The translations under genes and the position numbers were made by a program. A stretch of DNA of 64,000 nt from Mytilus trossulus (taxonomy: Eukaryota). Positions 37,715 through 50,296 of the stretch are shown in pieces. The notes below the pieces were generated by a model. The model was not told the origin of the DNA, did no database searches, and saw only the letters and a list, made by a program, of their open reading frames with translations. Numbering within the stretch: position 1 is the first letter of the stretch; the number at the start of each line of letters is the position of its first letter. Location: assembly GCF_036588685.1 (NCBI RefSeq), contig NC_086376.1, positions 40,672,001 through 40,736,000 on the forward strand. The letters are read 5' to 3'.

Positions 37715-38092
37715 TGAGTTTATTTACAACCACTGTGTCGATGCCACTGATGGTGGAGTTTTAATTCCCCCACGGTATCACCAACCAAGTTATCATTGAT
37801 ACATATATGGTCATATATATAAATTAAATGTTTACAAAACTTTTGAATTTTTGAGATACTAAGACTTTTCTACCCCAGGAATAGATTGCCTTAGCTGTAT
37901 TTGGCAACACTTTTAGGAATTTCGGTCTTCAATGCTCTTCAACTTGGTAATTTATTTGGCCTTTATTTTTTTTATTATTTTTAAAAACTTTTTTTGGATT
38001 CGAGCGACGTCACTGATGAGTCTCTTGAAGACAAAACGCGCGTCTGGCGTTAATACAAAATTAAATCCTGTATGGTTTCTATGATCAGTTTA
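37715..38092 (+). mobile_element. Retrozyme copy with mutated hammerhead (GAAA to AAAA) at 38007-38050
   Basis: ACGTCA-CTGATGA-GTCTCTTGAAGAC-AAAAC-GCGC-GTC-TGGCGT; body homologous to 62831-63220. Confidence 0.82.
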
Positions 38093-39006
38093 GTTTCTCT
38101 ACTTTTTTGTTTTTGAATTGATTATTATTACTAGTATTCTTTTTTCTTTGACTGTTCAAGAAATTATTGTACATATTTATACGATCACATTCGTAACTGG
38201 TCACTATGCAGACAAAAAGGGTAAACATTTTGATGGTCCAACTAGAGTTATTTATTAATGCTTTCAGTTGCTGAACTTCGACAATGTTTCTTTTTCATTA
38301 TGAAAGATTTAGAAATACATCAACAATTTTACTTCGGAAGAACGTCCACAAAACAAATCGGAGCTATATAAATCAGTTTTAGGTTTTCAGAGCCTTGACA
38401 TACAAGGTCCACTCACTATTTAATGTGTGGTAAGGATCGCTAGAAAAGTTAACAATTTCAAGATTCATGTTATGGATTAGAGTGAAAATGTATTGTATGT
38501 GTGTTGAGGGGGTATACACTTCTGAAAGTGAAAAGCAAAACAAGAACTTTTCCATAGTCAAATCGTCTTGAAGTTAACTTTGAGGAAGTTAGTCAAGTGT
38601 TTTCCTTGCTCCTACGCCCCTGAATTTATAAAGACGCATCAATTTCTGAATTGAGGCAAACAAAACAATATTTCCATCTGAGATCAAGCACGTTTTTGTG
38701 GTTTCGTGTTGCATATTCTTCAGTTTTCTATGTTGTGTTTTTTTACTGTTGTTTTGTCTTTTTGTCTTTTTCGTTGTTTGTCATAGCGTTGTCAGTTTAT
38801 ATTGTATTTTTTAGTTTGAAGGTCATTTGGTATCTTTCGGCTCTTTTAAATCTTCTCCATTCTTGTGTTGAGGAAGAGGTCTGTCTGACATATAAACACT
38901 TCTGGTGGCAATTCGAACATTCATTATATGCAAATATAATTGCACTATCCGGTCTTCATACAGTGTAAACACTCCTTTTTTCTGTTGTCTCTATCGACCT
39001 ACTTAA

Positions 39007-39621
39007 CTACTTTAGTACAAGTAATCTTAATGTACAGTTCTAAAGATGCATATGTAATATACATCTGTAAAGCTATATATAAACTGTTCAGCTGTAAAGC
39101 TGTATATCAACTGTTCAGCTGTAAAGCTGTATATAAACTGTACATCTGTTAAGCTGTATATAAACTGTACAGCTGTAAAGCTGTATATCAACTGTACATT
39201 TTTAAAGCCGTATATAAACTGCAAATCTGTAAAAATGTACATCAACTGCACATTTTTAAATCTGTGTATAAGCTAAACATACAGATTCTAGCACTGCATC
39301 TTGTGTGATACAATATCTATCTACAGTTTATATACAGTTTTACAAATGCACAGTTTATACACAGTTTTACAAATGTACAGTTTATATATACAGCTTTACA
39401 GCTGTACAGTTGATATACAGCTTTACAGCTGTACAGTTGATATACAGCTTTACAGATGTACAATTTATATACAGCTTTACAAATGTACAATTTATATACA
39501 GTTTTACAGCTAAACAGTTTATGTACAGCTTTACAGATGTACATTTGATATACAGCTTTACAGATGTACATTTGATATTCAGCTTTAGAACTGTACATCT
39601 AGATTACTTGTACTAAAGTAG
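39007..39621. repeat. Foldback element: inverted arms built from 30-bp tandem repeats
   Basis: 21-bp terminal inverted repeat CTACTTTAGTACAAGTAATCT; CTGTAAAGCTGTATATAAACTG arrays in opposite orientations. Confidence 0.85.
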
Positions 39622-41873
39622 CTGTGTATTGTGCCCAAGGAACTAGACAATTGATTAAATTTTACACTTGTATATTTACATCTTAGATATGGCTGACATA
39701 TTTGACTCTCTACAGAATGCAAATACTAATAGGCAAAATGGAGATAGAAATGTATGCGTTAAACACCAGACATCAGATCTTGGGGTGATCCAAGTAAACA
39801 GAACAGTAGAACTTTGATTTATCATACTAAAAAATACACGTGATTGGTTGAGAAACGCAAACGTGATCACGCTGACGATTGAAACGAAAAGCTGTTAAAG
39901 CTATTTTCGGACTGATTATTTACATGAGGATGGATATGATAATAGATGACTAAAACATCAGAGATTTGTCGCGCTTAAAAACTTAGTTCAAAGAGCGCTT
40001 TCATTGAAAAGTGCTTGTACAAAGTCAAGATTGCGCACGTTTTTCAATTTTGTATGTTATAATTGATCACAGTTACTGTCTTATTTTCACCATCAACACC
40101 ACGATGTTGCAACTAAGGTTTTTAATGTACATGTATTTTGTTCGTTGACCCCTCTCTAATCGACTTCGAAGCAACCTTACACCAGGACGTTGTTGTGTTT
40201 TTTACATTGCGCATGCGGCTTGCCCTGCATTACATGTAACAGTATTCGTCCATACCAATTTTAAGCAAATTAAGTTGTCTTGCAGGCCTGCAGATTTTTT
40301 TGAAAATTTAGTGTTTACCCCAAGAACCGGTTTGGCCACAACATTATTTACAATTTACACAATGTGTATATGTAAAGTATGTTTAAATGAACATATGTTC
40401 TCATAGTTTATGAATTTTATTCATTATAGGTTAAAAATGCAGGCAAAGTTTAGATGTTTATGAAGTGTCCTATATTTTGACTTTAGTGGAACCTTAAGTA
40501 TATTAAGATGGGGTTTACGGAATGAGGTATTATATCAAATAATAAAACGCTTTTATTTGTTTTTGGTACAAGCGTGGACACAAATCAATGTGGCCGTGTT
40601 TTCATTGTTTGATATAGCTCGGGACATAAATAAATACGCACTTTCCCCTAAACCCGATCTCTGTTATATCGACTGTATAATATCTTTGACGATAGGTTCA
40701 GTTTATGATTACCATTTTAAAAATAAGAAATAAAACCATTGTGATAATTATGCTAAAGTGTTATTTAAATTTGTTGTTATAAGACTTTCAAAATTATTTT
40801 GAACTTACGAATATATTACCCTCATGCAAAGTTCTGATTTCTTTCCCGATTTTAGCTATTCATTAATTTGTGTCTCTGGGTGATGAGCTCTCCACTTTTT
40901 TTAGTAAGCGTATTAATTTGGCTTCAAGCAAACTGATATTTATTGTTGAAATGATCTGGTGCAGAAATATTGGTATCGTCAATTTTATTAAAGATGACAT
41001 CGAGATAGACTTTTGCTAAACAGATGGGAATTACATTTCCCCGCGTTACAACGAATAGCGGGAAATATTTGTATCAACGATGCGTATGAATTTTCTAATT
41101 TAGTCACGTGAAAATTTTCATGTGCGGGAAAATATTTTGAAAGCCTTCACTTTCTACCCAAAAGTCAGTGAGTCGTAGTGTCAAGTTTGTTTTTACAGAT
41201 TTCACATTTTAGATTTCATGTTTCTGCTCATGGTTAGTGGTGTTTTGTTACGAATAATTATAATTAATTTTATTTTTCTTCTTTTTTAAATACTGTCCAA
41301 GTATACCTCTGAAGACGGTCTTCTGAGAATAGGGTTTGGACGCGGGTTTCCAACTTTTTTCCAAGTGCATATTTGGTATTTAAAGTTGACCCGAGTTAAC
41401 TCGTTTTAGTTGGTTGTTCCTGACCGGCGGGATCGTCGATGAAAGAGCCTTTGAAATTATTTGGTATTTTTCAAAAAATACAACATATATGCCATATATC
41501 AGCATTCAGTAATCATCTATAATTGTATTGATTTATTTATGTATTTATGCTTATGAATTGTATTTTCAACTTATTAAAATCCGGTGTCCTTCGAGCTGTC
41601 TGGGTTATCGGCTTTACAAAATGAATATATTGTTTTGTTTTATTCAAGGATTTGTATATTTGTAACTATACAAATCCTTGTTTTATTATAGCCCATATAT
41701 TCAAGGGGAAAAAGGTTGAGGTAATACTATCTAACCCTTTTATTTGTTTATAATTATAACTTTATTAAAACTCAACGGTTGCAAACTTGTCGAAAGGAAT
41801 ATATTTGAATATGAAGCAATCACTTTTAATATGTAAACTTTTCATTAAGATGAAGACAAAAACATCGTTGCGT

Positions 41874-42460
41874 GTACATCTAAGGGGTGTGAATAATGCG
41901 AAGAATATAGAACGTCTGAGGGGTGTGAAGAATGCGAAGAGTATAGTACATCTCAGGGGTGTGAAGAATGCGACGGATATTGTACATCTCGGGGGTGTGA
42001 CGAATGCGAAGAATATAGAACGTCTGAGGGGTGTGAAGAATGCGACGGATATTGTACATCTCAGGGGTGTGAATAATGCGAAGAATAGAGAACGTCTGAG
42101 GGGTGTGAAGAATGCGAAGGATATAGTACATCTCGAGTGTGAAGAATGCGAAGGATATATTACATTTCAGAGATGTGACGAATGCGAAGAATATAGTACG
42201 TCTCAGTCGGGTGTCGAATGCGAATAATATAGTACGTCTAAGAGGTACGGAGAATGCGAAGAATATAGTACGTCTAAGAGGTACGGAGAATGCGAAAAAT
42301 AATTATATAGTACATCTAGGGGGTGTGAAGAATATGAAGAATATAGTATATCTTAGGGGTGTTAAGAATGCCAACAATTATACAAATAGTACATCTCAGG
42401 GCTGTGAAAAATGCCAATAATGTAGTACATTTCAGGGTGTGATGAATGCCAACAATATAC
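41874..42460. repeat. 36-bp minisatellite (~16 copies) downstream of K2P gene 5
   Basis: Unit GTACATCTCAGGGGTGTGAAGAATGCGAAGAATATA. Confidence 0.9.
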
Positions 42461-43064
42461 ATCCGTTGTTTTTTGAAAGAACTATGATATAATTTGTTTT
42501 TTTTCGAGTAGCGAACTATTTTTGTTTCGTATGACATAGTTTAAAAAATGTTGAGTTCTTTCCAAATTTATAAGTATAACAACAGTCAGCATTTCACATT
42601 TACCTACAACAAACTGAGTTTTAATCTCTGGGAATCAACCCCACAAAGAATATTCGCACATGTTTTCTGTATTTTACATTTTATTTACAAAAAATCGAAG
42701 AGGTAGAAAGCTAACGCTAACGTTAAATACATCTGCTTAATGATGATTTGAAAAACAATTTTAGACAGATGGCAAGAAGGTTGATGTACAAATTGTAATT
42801 ACGTCGAGAGCTGTGTTTGTGTAACGTCACACAGTGCTTTCACTTCATTAAAGCACTATTTGTTGTGTAATCTTCCACTTTGATGAAATCACACGGAAAA
42901 CAATTTAACAACTGAACATTCATACTGAAAACAGTCTCAAAAGTGGACGGAATGTAGTAGAGACTTAAATCAGGGAACAAAAACAAAACATGAAATTGTA
43001 TGTGGAAATATCGAACAGTTTTTGCGTCACTTGTAGCAGAAGCCATTTGTAACATATGGAATAA

Positions 43065-44059
43065 CTACGGCTTTGGTGTGTTTTCTTTTGATCTGCTCTC
43101 AGATGAATCTAAAGAATGTTTTTTTGCCCTCTTTAATTCGTTTTGAATATTAGTTTCAATGTTTTTCTTTACTTCTGATATTTTACCCTTCGCACTGGTC
43201 CCTGCTTTCGACACTTTGTCTTTTGCTTTATTCATTTCTTTGCCGACAGAGGCCATCTTTTCTTTTCCCGCCTCAACAACTCGTTCTCTAGCTTTATTCA
43301 TATGATCTTTCGCTTTGTCTATTTGAACAGTGAAGAATTCGATTCCAACATTAACGCACATGGAAACTAAGGAAAGACCCATGAATAAATATATTGCGGA
43401 GATGAGAAAATATTTCGGATGCTCAGGTACTACATCCCCAAATCCAATAGTACTTATAGATATAAATACAAAATATATGCAATCCAAGAAATCCCATGAT
43501 TCCCAAAATTTGTACATGATTGCACCAAGAAAAATATAAATCAGTAATATTATGCAAGCAATTGATATTGGCAAGTTGAAAGAGTCATCAATCTCTATGT
43601 CATACATAACTTTTACGCGATCTGTTGAAGACAAAGTCGACTGGACATCAGGTGATTCATCTAAAGAATCGTCACTTCCGGTTTTTGATTTTAAACTCGA
43701 ATTTGGAGAAGGACTTAATCCAGATTGTTTTTTTACAAACACTATTGACTCTTCGCTCTTGCTTTTTTTCTTTGTAGATTGGTCTATTTCGTTACTACAT
43801 GTTCCATTTTCTGCATTCTGAACGCTCTGTTTATTACTTTTTCTACTGCTCAGGCGACTTCGGACTTGTCTAATTACTTTTTTGCGGAAGGTTCCAGTGT
43901 AGTAGTATCGACGTGCACGTGCATACATCCATTTAAGAAGGACAGTAAATCGTCTACCAACTTCTGCCAATACTAGCAACGCGAGAGGTATGCCCAATAC
44001 AGCATAAACCATGGCTATAAATTTGCCAATTCCAGTAAGCGGTACTATGTTTCCATAAC
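43065..44059 (-). CDS. K2P potassium channel gene 5, exon 2; spliced product 486 aa
   Basis: Acceptor TTACAG|GT TAT GGA AAC (GYGN); YAVLGIPL; long Ser/basic M2-M3 loop; P2 STIGFGD; 466+995=1461 nt in frame. Confidence 0.95.
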
Positions 44060-45107
44060 CTGTAAGAAGAAGATTATGCATATTAAATAAACGTATGACA
44101 AAAAAGGAAAGGACTAAAACTGTTAACGTAAATATTTTGTGTGTGCGTTTCGGCAAAACTGATGAATTTCGAATTGTGGTCTTTTAAAAATGTACGTCAA
44201 CATCATTATCTCTTTTAAGCCCAGCTTAATTAATTGGACAGGTCAAGGTTTCTATAGTGATTTTAAAGGTTCTTAAAGAACCGTTACACATTTTCCTTCT
44301 GTTTTTGGCCATAAAGATGTTGAATTATAATAATATAATGGTGCAATCCATTTTTTTGTGTAGAAAGATTAAATTTCATGCTTATGCAATGCTTTGAAAG
44401 CAAATTAATGCATAATATTTCTTATTTTTAATGCCGATTGGATGCCTAATAAATGCTCACTAGCTTGCTAGAATCAAGCTATCAGCCACACTTAAGGTTT
44501 GTCAATGTATTTAAAAACTGACTGTTAGTTGAGTGGCTGCTAGGTTGATTCTAGCCATCAGTGTTATTGACTAATACATTTGGGGAAAATGTCATTTTAA
44601 GATAAATAAGAGTATTACCTTAAATTTCTTTTCATTTAACCGAAATACCACAGTTCTCAACAACTCTGTTTGTACATTCAATTTTTTATGACTTCATTTA
44701 AACACTTGATTGAACAAAGAGTTTAGAAATACTTATTGCACATGTGCTTATGATTTTTGTGATCCAATTCAATGAAACAAAAAAAGTTGACATTAAGCGA
44801 AAAATAGACTTTTTCGTTTTGTTTCATAACTGCATAAGTTAAATTTTGTCGCATGACCATATATATGTTTTGAACTGTTATACAACGCTGACATTTCTAG
44901 TAACGTGAACTAGTTTGTGAAGTCTAGCACCGTTGGCCCGATGTTTCTTTTTTTTTTTATTCAAGCCATCTATAAACTGTAAAGATTGTCATTTCGGGAC
45001 GTTGTATACATGTAGCTTACTATGCGGTATGCATTATGCTTATTGTTGAAGGCCTAACGATGACCTACAGCTGTTAGTTTCTACAAAGTTCTATGATGAA
45101 GAGTTGT

Positions 45108-45289
45108 AATTAAACTCAATGACATCATAGATACCAGGACTAAATTTTGTATATACGCCAGACGCGAGTTTCTTCTACAAAAGACTCATTAGTGACTCGA
45201 ATCCAAAAAAGTTAAAAAGGCCAAATAAAGTACGAAGTTGAAGAGCATTGAGGACCAACATTACAAAAAGTTTTGCCAAATACAGCTTA
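45108..45289 (-). mobile_element. Truncated retrozyme with 13-bp TSD, in intron of K2P gene 5
   Basis: GATGAAGAGTTGT at 45095-45107 and 45290-45302; mutated core CUAAUGA. Confidence 0.78.
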
Positions 45290-48283
45290 GATGAAGAGTT
45301 GTCTTATTGCCAATCATACTATTTATTTTCATATGAGAATAACCCTGTTTATTTGGCAATAAACAACATACAAAGATGTACAACACAAAAATGTATATTA
45401 TTACTGGAAAGTCAAGATGCCACCATGACATCATAGTGCCCAGTACAGATACGTTAGATCTATATGTTACCCACATCGATCTAAACACAAACAGAACTTT
45501 ATTGACGTCTATCTGCAGATAACTGCCGTCCTTGGAGGATTCTCAGACAGCTGTCAGGTGCTATAGAGTTGTCTGTATGATGCGTGTTGTTGTTATTTTT
45601 TCTGCACCATCGGTAGCAATAAGAATTAAACGTTCCATTAAACACTAATATTTTTTGTTATTTTCTAACTGCAAATAGCCAAATCTAATTAGAGAGATCA
45701 ATAACTTAAAATAACATTTAAGCGCTAACTGATATATAGAGGTTAATGACCTCTAGCTATAGAGTTCATCATCATTATCTTATCTCCGACAGATATATTC
45801 ATCCTCTATTGTAGATGATTAAACGGTTTCTGTTATTTTTTATACGAAAAGGATGAATGTTATCAAACATTACTGTGGAATAATATATAAGTAATGTTTT
45901 CCTTCAAACTGACACTATTTAGAGAATTTTTTGTTTTTAATATTGTCTTATCTTTTTCACAAATTCAAACTTTATTCTTGAATATCGAAACCATGGAATC
46001 ATTATAATACAAATTAAATGACTTCATTTTTTCTTTTTAAAATAGTTTTTATTCGGATTTGCACTTGTGTCAGGGTGTAGTTAAAGATATAGTTAAAGTT
46101 AAGATTTGTTCTTGTAAAAAAAGTCAAAGATATTTACGATGCGTACAAAAAGAAAAGTCAAAAAGTGTAAACTTAAACAAAATCCATGTCTAATGGGGTA
46201 AAATTCTCGCCACCCCTATTGTATTTCTCTTTTTGTCGTTTCCAAATTTCCGGTTGGAGAATTGTGTGTATGCTTGTTTAGTATTAATCCATATTCTTTA
46301 CAATTTTATACGCGAATCTTGAGTCATAACAGTAAAAGATAAGCGATATTTAAAATCATAAGTCGAAAAGAAACTGTCAAAGTCGTGGCAAACAACGAAA
46401 AACAACGATGAGATCATCAGTACACAGAACACAACAAAGAAAACTAAAACCCAAGCAACACGAACCCCACCAAACCCGTGGGTGATTTATTATGCTCTAG
46501 AAGGGTACTAAGCAGATTCAGCACCTTTTCTTGTCGCTCATGTAGGTACGAATCCAATGAAAAGTCTTATTCGGTAGGTAACATTCGAGGAAAAGTGGGA
46601 TGCATTGATGTGTCCGATCATTTTGAGATATTACATCTTGTTATCATGGAAAGTTACGGAAATTAAAACGAATAGGGAGATGTATCTGTTGTCTGTGAAT
46701 TAATCAGTAACCTAAGATTTTGGATGGAATACATGTACTTTTTATTACCAATCTGGAAACAGTACAATCTTCTTTTGTACCCCAACAATCAGTACGCTGA
46801 GAATTCCCATGGAATGAATGTTACGTTTTATCGCCAATTTAAAAAGCAATGTGTCTATGCAGGTGCGAAGTACTTGTCTCCTAACAACCAGAGCCATTAG
46901 AATTCCCATGGAATACATGTTTCGTTTAATCGCAAATCCAAAAATCAATATGTCTATACAGGTGCAATGTATTACAGTACCATTACAACACTTGCATTGT
47001 TTGCACCAGATAAGAAACACCAATCCGAATTATTTATCGACTATATCTATCAGATAATAGTTTCGAGTATGTTTTATTAGGTAATAACGACCTAATTGAT
47101 ACTTATTACCTAGCAATATACGTTACAGATGCGATATTTTCATGTGGCAGGGAAAAGGTAAAGAGAAACCTCAAACAACTATTCCCTAGATTATTAATTG
47201 ATATATATCCCTACAGTGTTAACACAACACTTATTAATTATATTCTCATCAGGAGCATTTGTAATTAGCATACAAAGCAGCCTGGCACTATCTAAATGTC
47301 AAGTGTACATGACTGTCAAATATCATCAGCGATTTATTATCGGTTCGTTATATATACATCCCTTCTTTCTTAATAAATTTCACAAACAAAAGTGAAGAGA
47401 CCTATGTGTTTTGTTAACTAATAAAAAGAAGCCCCCCCCCCCCAAATTGAACCTTTGGTTTCCTCTAAATCAATTTGCAATGATGATAGCGGCAAGCTCG
47501 AGTGCCATGAAATATTGTACTTAGAAGATGATATCCTCTTTTTCAATCATTATAAAGATAAGCTTCTATCTTTCGATCTAAATTTCTATTTATATGCAAT
47601 TAAATCATATAAAATATGTTCCTGCTTTATAAATTTATAAACCTCTTGAAATTATAATGTCAAACTATTGATTTCAAAGAACAAATTTAGAAACTCCAAC
47701 GTTACCAGACATTGTTATCTATTCAAATGAAAATTTTGGAAAACTCGTTATTATACTTAATGTGACAATGTACGGGACTTACTCAGCATACGAGACATTT
47801 ATGCATTGTTCTACTGAAAGAATAAATAAGTATGAACATACAAAAGGGACGCTCAAAACTTAATTCGAAGAAAAGACGGACAATGACCAAAACTAAAAAA
47901 GAAAAGACAAATAACAATCGACTTCTAAAACAGAACAAAACTGTAAACATCATCTTCAAAAGCGTTAATTTTACTGTATTTTATATATAGTTAACGTTTT
48001 ATATTCTAAATAAAACCGTAAAAATTTAACTGCACCTGAGCATTTCAATAAGTCATGTCTAATCAGTGTTACTCGAGGACAAAACATTTAAAATCCCAAA
48101 ACCTGAAATCAACTTTGATGAGCTATTAAAATCAAGGACACAATAGTCAAACCAGAACAGGGAATCAGAATTGTGTATAATGGGATCGATTTCTATTATA
48201 AAGTTACCTCCTTCCCTGTAAGTAGTAATGCAACCATAAGGAACTGAAACTTTCAATGAATGCACACATCCATTGATACTCAC

Positions 48284-48749
48284 CAATAGTTGTATAAATA
48301 GTCCCACAGAAGAACAAGGCGCTCCAGAAAGTCCACACAGTGGCTGGACCAGCAACTGTTCCACGACTGCGGACCTCTGATTCATATTGCATTAATAACT
48401 TTCTAGTTTGATTAATCCACGTGTCATTGTATGTTGTATAATTCACCCAGAAATTTTTTGCTTCCACGTAAAAAAATCTAATATAATTTTCTCTGGTCAT
48501 TTTCATATCGTGCTTCGCTTCTAACTCATTTTCAGATTCAATACTTTGGAATAGTAATGCGCCTAAGATACTGTATATAACTAACAATATAATTAATCCA
48601 CCAATGGATTTACAAACACGGTAGAACTTTATAATCGCATCTTTTATCCTACTTAATATCATTTGCATGTTAAATTGCTTTTTAACTCCGAGTTCGTCAT
48701 TTTGTTGTTCAAATTTTCCGTTCTCTTCATCTCCGTTATTATTCTCCAT
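48284..48749 (-). CDS. K2P potassium channel gene 5 (TWK/KCNK18-like), exon 1
   Basis: ATG at 48749; YSILGALLFQSIE; WTFWSALFFCGTIYTTIG; donor ATTG|GTGAGT; 466 nt. Confidence 0.94.
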
Positions 48750-50296
48750 GTTTAAGTCTAAGTATGATATACAACTAACGACACAGAGAAGCAGTTTATA
48801 TATACAAGAATATTACAACTGTGTTTATTAATAGAACAATTTGCATACTCGTCGAAGTCAGCAACAGAGAGTTGAATCATTCGCACTTTAGAATGTATGT
48901 TGTACGAATAGGCGTTGTTTCTGGTAGGTAAGAACCAGTAGCTGTCAGTATGTGATTGTAGAAAATGCATTACATAATTATGTTTATTACTGCATGTAAT
49001 GTGGATTATCATCTTAATAAACATTTATTTAATAATTTTGTGTTGCCATTTCACAAATTAGCAAATTTTTGCGACGCCATCCAGTTAATGATAATAAAAC
49101 TGATATTAACATAATAATAAATTTAGTATTTTGTTCAATTATGACACGAAATCTAATGTTATGTATATAAAAGCTTGTAATATTTTTTAATCATCCAAAG
49201 TTGTTATATATATTCTAGACCGAATGACGTAGTAGTATACAACTATAAGTTCATGTTTCAGTTCAATACAGAATGGCATGTTGCTGCAAGTTATTTTCAA
49301 ACAGAATTTGTATTTTGGGTAAATAATGAAAGCTGGTCGTGTTAATAGCCAAACAGAAGATGTAGCTGTAATGTTAAAAAAATGAGAGTGGAAACGGTTG
49401 GGAATGTGTAAAGGAGAGCAGAGAACAGTCGTAGGCCACCAATGTGTTTTCAACACAGAGAAACAAATCTTCACCCATAGGCGCTCTTCAGCTGGCCCCT
49501 TAACAAAAATGTGTACTAGAGTAGTTCAGGAAAAATGGACGTCACACTAATGCATTTTCTTTCTGGGTTGACAATACCCACGAGAACCTTCGCCAGCAGA
49601 GATACACATGTACAATAAAATTAAGCCAGGTTAATATTGTTTTACATGTATCTGTGGTGATTACCAGGATGTACAGGAATCGACATTATTATTAGAATAT
49701 TTCCCGTAATGTCCCGGCATGTTGATAAATTAAGAAATCACTATATACCGATTTCGACTTCTTTAGGCAGAAATGATCGTAGCTGAATGTTGCTATATAA
49801 TTTGGTAACCTTTTAAATTCAGATCCTAACGTTTCTTTGTATTAACACATTCCTGTTTTAAAATGTTTGGGTTTGAGCGTTCTTGATAAACAAAATCATG
49901 AAAAGCGTTTCGGACGCACAAAACCTGTTAAAATAGGAAATGAGAGGCGAAAAGTCCAAAATAAAGATTCAAACTTCAAACTCATAAGTCGAGGAAGAAG
50001 ACAAACTGTAAAGTGAGTGAGGGTTTAGTCAGAACCGAAAATATTCAAAGGAATTCCTAGCACCTACTGAAATATTCCGACGGCAAGGACTAAATTTTTA
50101 ATAAACACCTGACTTACTTTTAGTATTCCATGACTGAAACAGTTAACTCATAAAAATTCATGAATTATCTAGGTACGCACTGCATGAGAATCACACTAAC
50201 GGAATCGAATCAGAAATTCAGCAATACGTCTAGTTCATGGTTTTAGTTTTCAACTCGATCGTGCCAAGACGAAAATTTCCTAGAATCCGATGTTGG

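Noticed and set aside
39027-39616. Overlapping 10-aa repeat ORFs
   Set aside because: Translations of the 30-bp repeats on both strands
41787-42420. Repetitive 12-aa protein ORFs, or a CRISPR-like array
   Set aside because: Contiguous 36-bp minisatellite with no unique spacers; open frames are a by-product of the unit length
49870-49920. Possible additional hammerhead
   Set aside because: Core is too degenerate (TTGATAA, no stem II) to support
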